Virus record (IMG/VR): IMGVR_UViG_3300032223_002281
Coordinates: 1 to 55,037 of that record
Reading direction: 5' to 3' (one strand)
From: a virus
Lineage: Duplodnaviria; Caudoviricetes
DNA: 55,037 nt
Part shown: positions 54,702 through 55,037 of the stretch, one piece after another
Position numbering within the stretch: the stretch's first letter is position 1
How the letters are laid out: the number at the start of each line of letters is the position of its first letter
The notes under the pieces: generated by a model
Databases searched by the model: none
Seen by the model: only the letters and a program-made list of their open reading frames with translations
Told to the model about the DNA's origin: nothing
Position numbers and translations under genes: made by a program

Positions 54702-55037
54702 TAGTTATCACTTGTATCTGGTGCCTTGGCATCTGATGCTGTGACATACTTCTTATATGCTGCAGGCCAGTCTAGGATAGCCTTTTGAGCATCCGCCAAC
54801 TTAATTGTACCTGCACATACCAAACGCTTGAGAGCAGTCTCTACAACGTCTTTCTTACGTGCTCCATTGTCCGCATATGGTTGAGGCCAAAGATTTTTTG
54901 GATCAGAAGGATTACCACCTAGTTGAAGTGAAATCAAATGATCTTCTTCATAAGCACTTGCTGAAGTTCCCCAAATTTTTGTGTATGAAAGATAGGTTGT
55001 CTTTAGTTGTGTATCTTTTAATTTATTTGTATAAGTA
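54701..55037 (-). CDS. HNH-like nuclease (5' end outside window)
   Basis: YEEDHLISLQLGG...NLWPQ...KKD..E. Confidence 0.6.
   Translation of the reverse strand, partial: TYTNKLKDTQLKTTYLSYTKIWGTSASAYEEDHLISLQLGGNPSDPKNLWPQPYADNGARKKDVVETALKRLVCAGTIKLADAQKAILDWPAAYKKYVTASDAKAPDTSDN

Noticed and set aside
1-55037. Stop-codon reassignment
   Set aside because: Genes are intact and tightly packed under the standard bacterial code; no suppressor tRNA seen.

Overview
AT-rich segment of a large tailed phage, most likely infecting an actinobacterium: it has whiB, leaderless TGnTATAAT promoters, actinobacterial-type operator motifs and 7 tRNA or tRNA-like genes. No database was searched; all family calls come from motif recognition. 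1-20.2 kb (mostly minus strand) encodes tail fibre and baseplate-type proteins. Twice, an adaptor-domain gene is followed by a low-complexity repeat protein ending in a Hint (intein-like) domain, then by modifying enzymes (2OG-Fe(II) oxygenases, DUF6065-like proteins, a partial GT60-like glycosyltransferase, an SGNH-like protein). 23.3-36 kb is a divergent, probably early region of small genes. Its intergenic cassettes carry eight RecA-NDp/PafBC-type promoters, CRP-, WhiA-, DnaA-, ArgR- and MraZ-like operator motifs, and five copies of a covarying pseudoknot RNA motif. 37-55 kb is an accessory region: more oxygenases, methyl-, sulfo- and carbamoyl-transferases, RsmI-like, Dps, CDGSH, HNH, WhiB, thioredoxin, tRNAs and a promoter-bounded candidate ncRNA. 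The best candidates for undescribed systems are the repeat-Hint fibre-decoration modules and the early region apparently wired to host DNA-damage and cell-cycle regulators.
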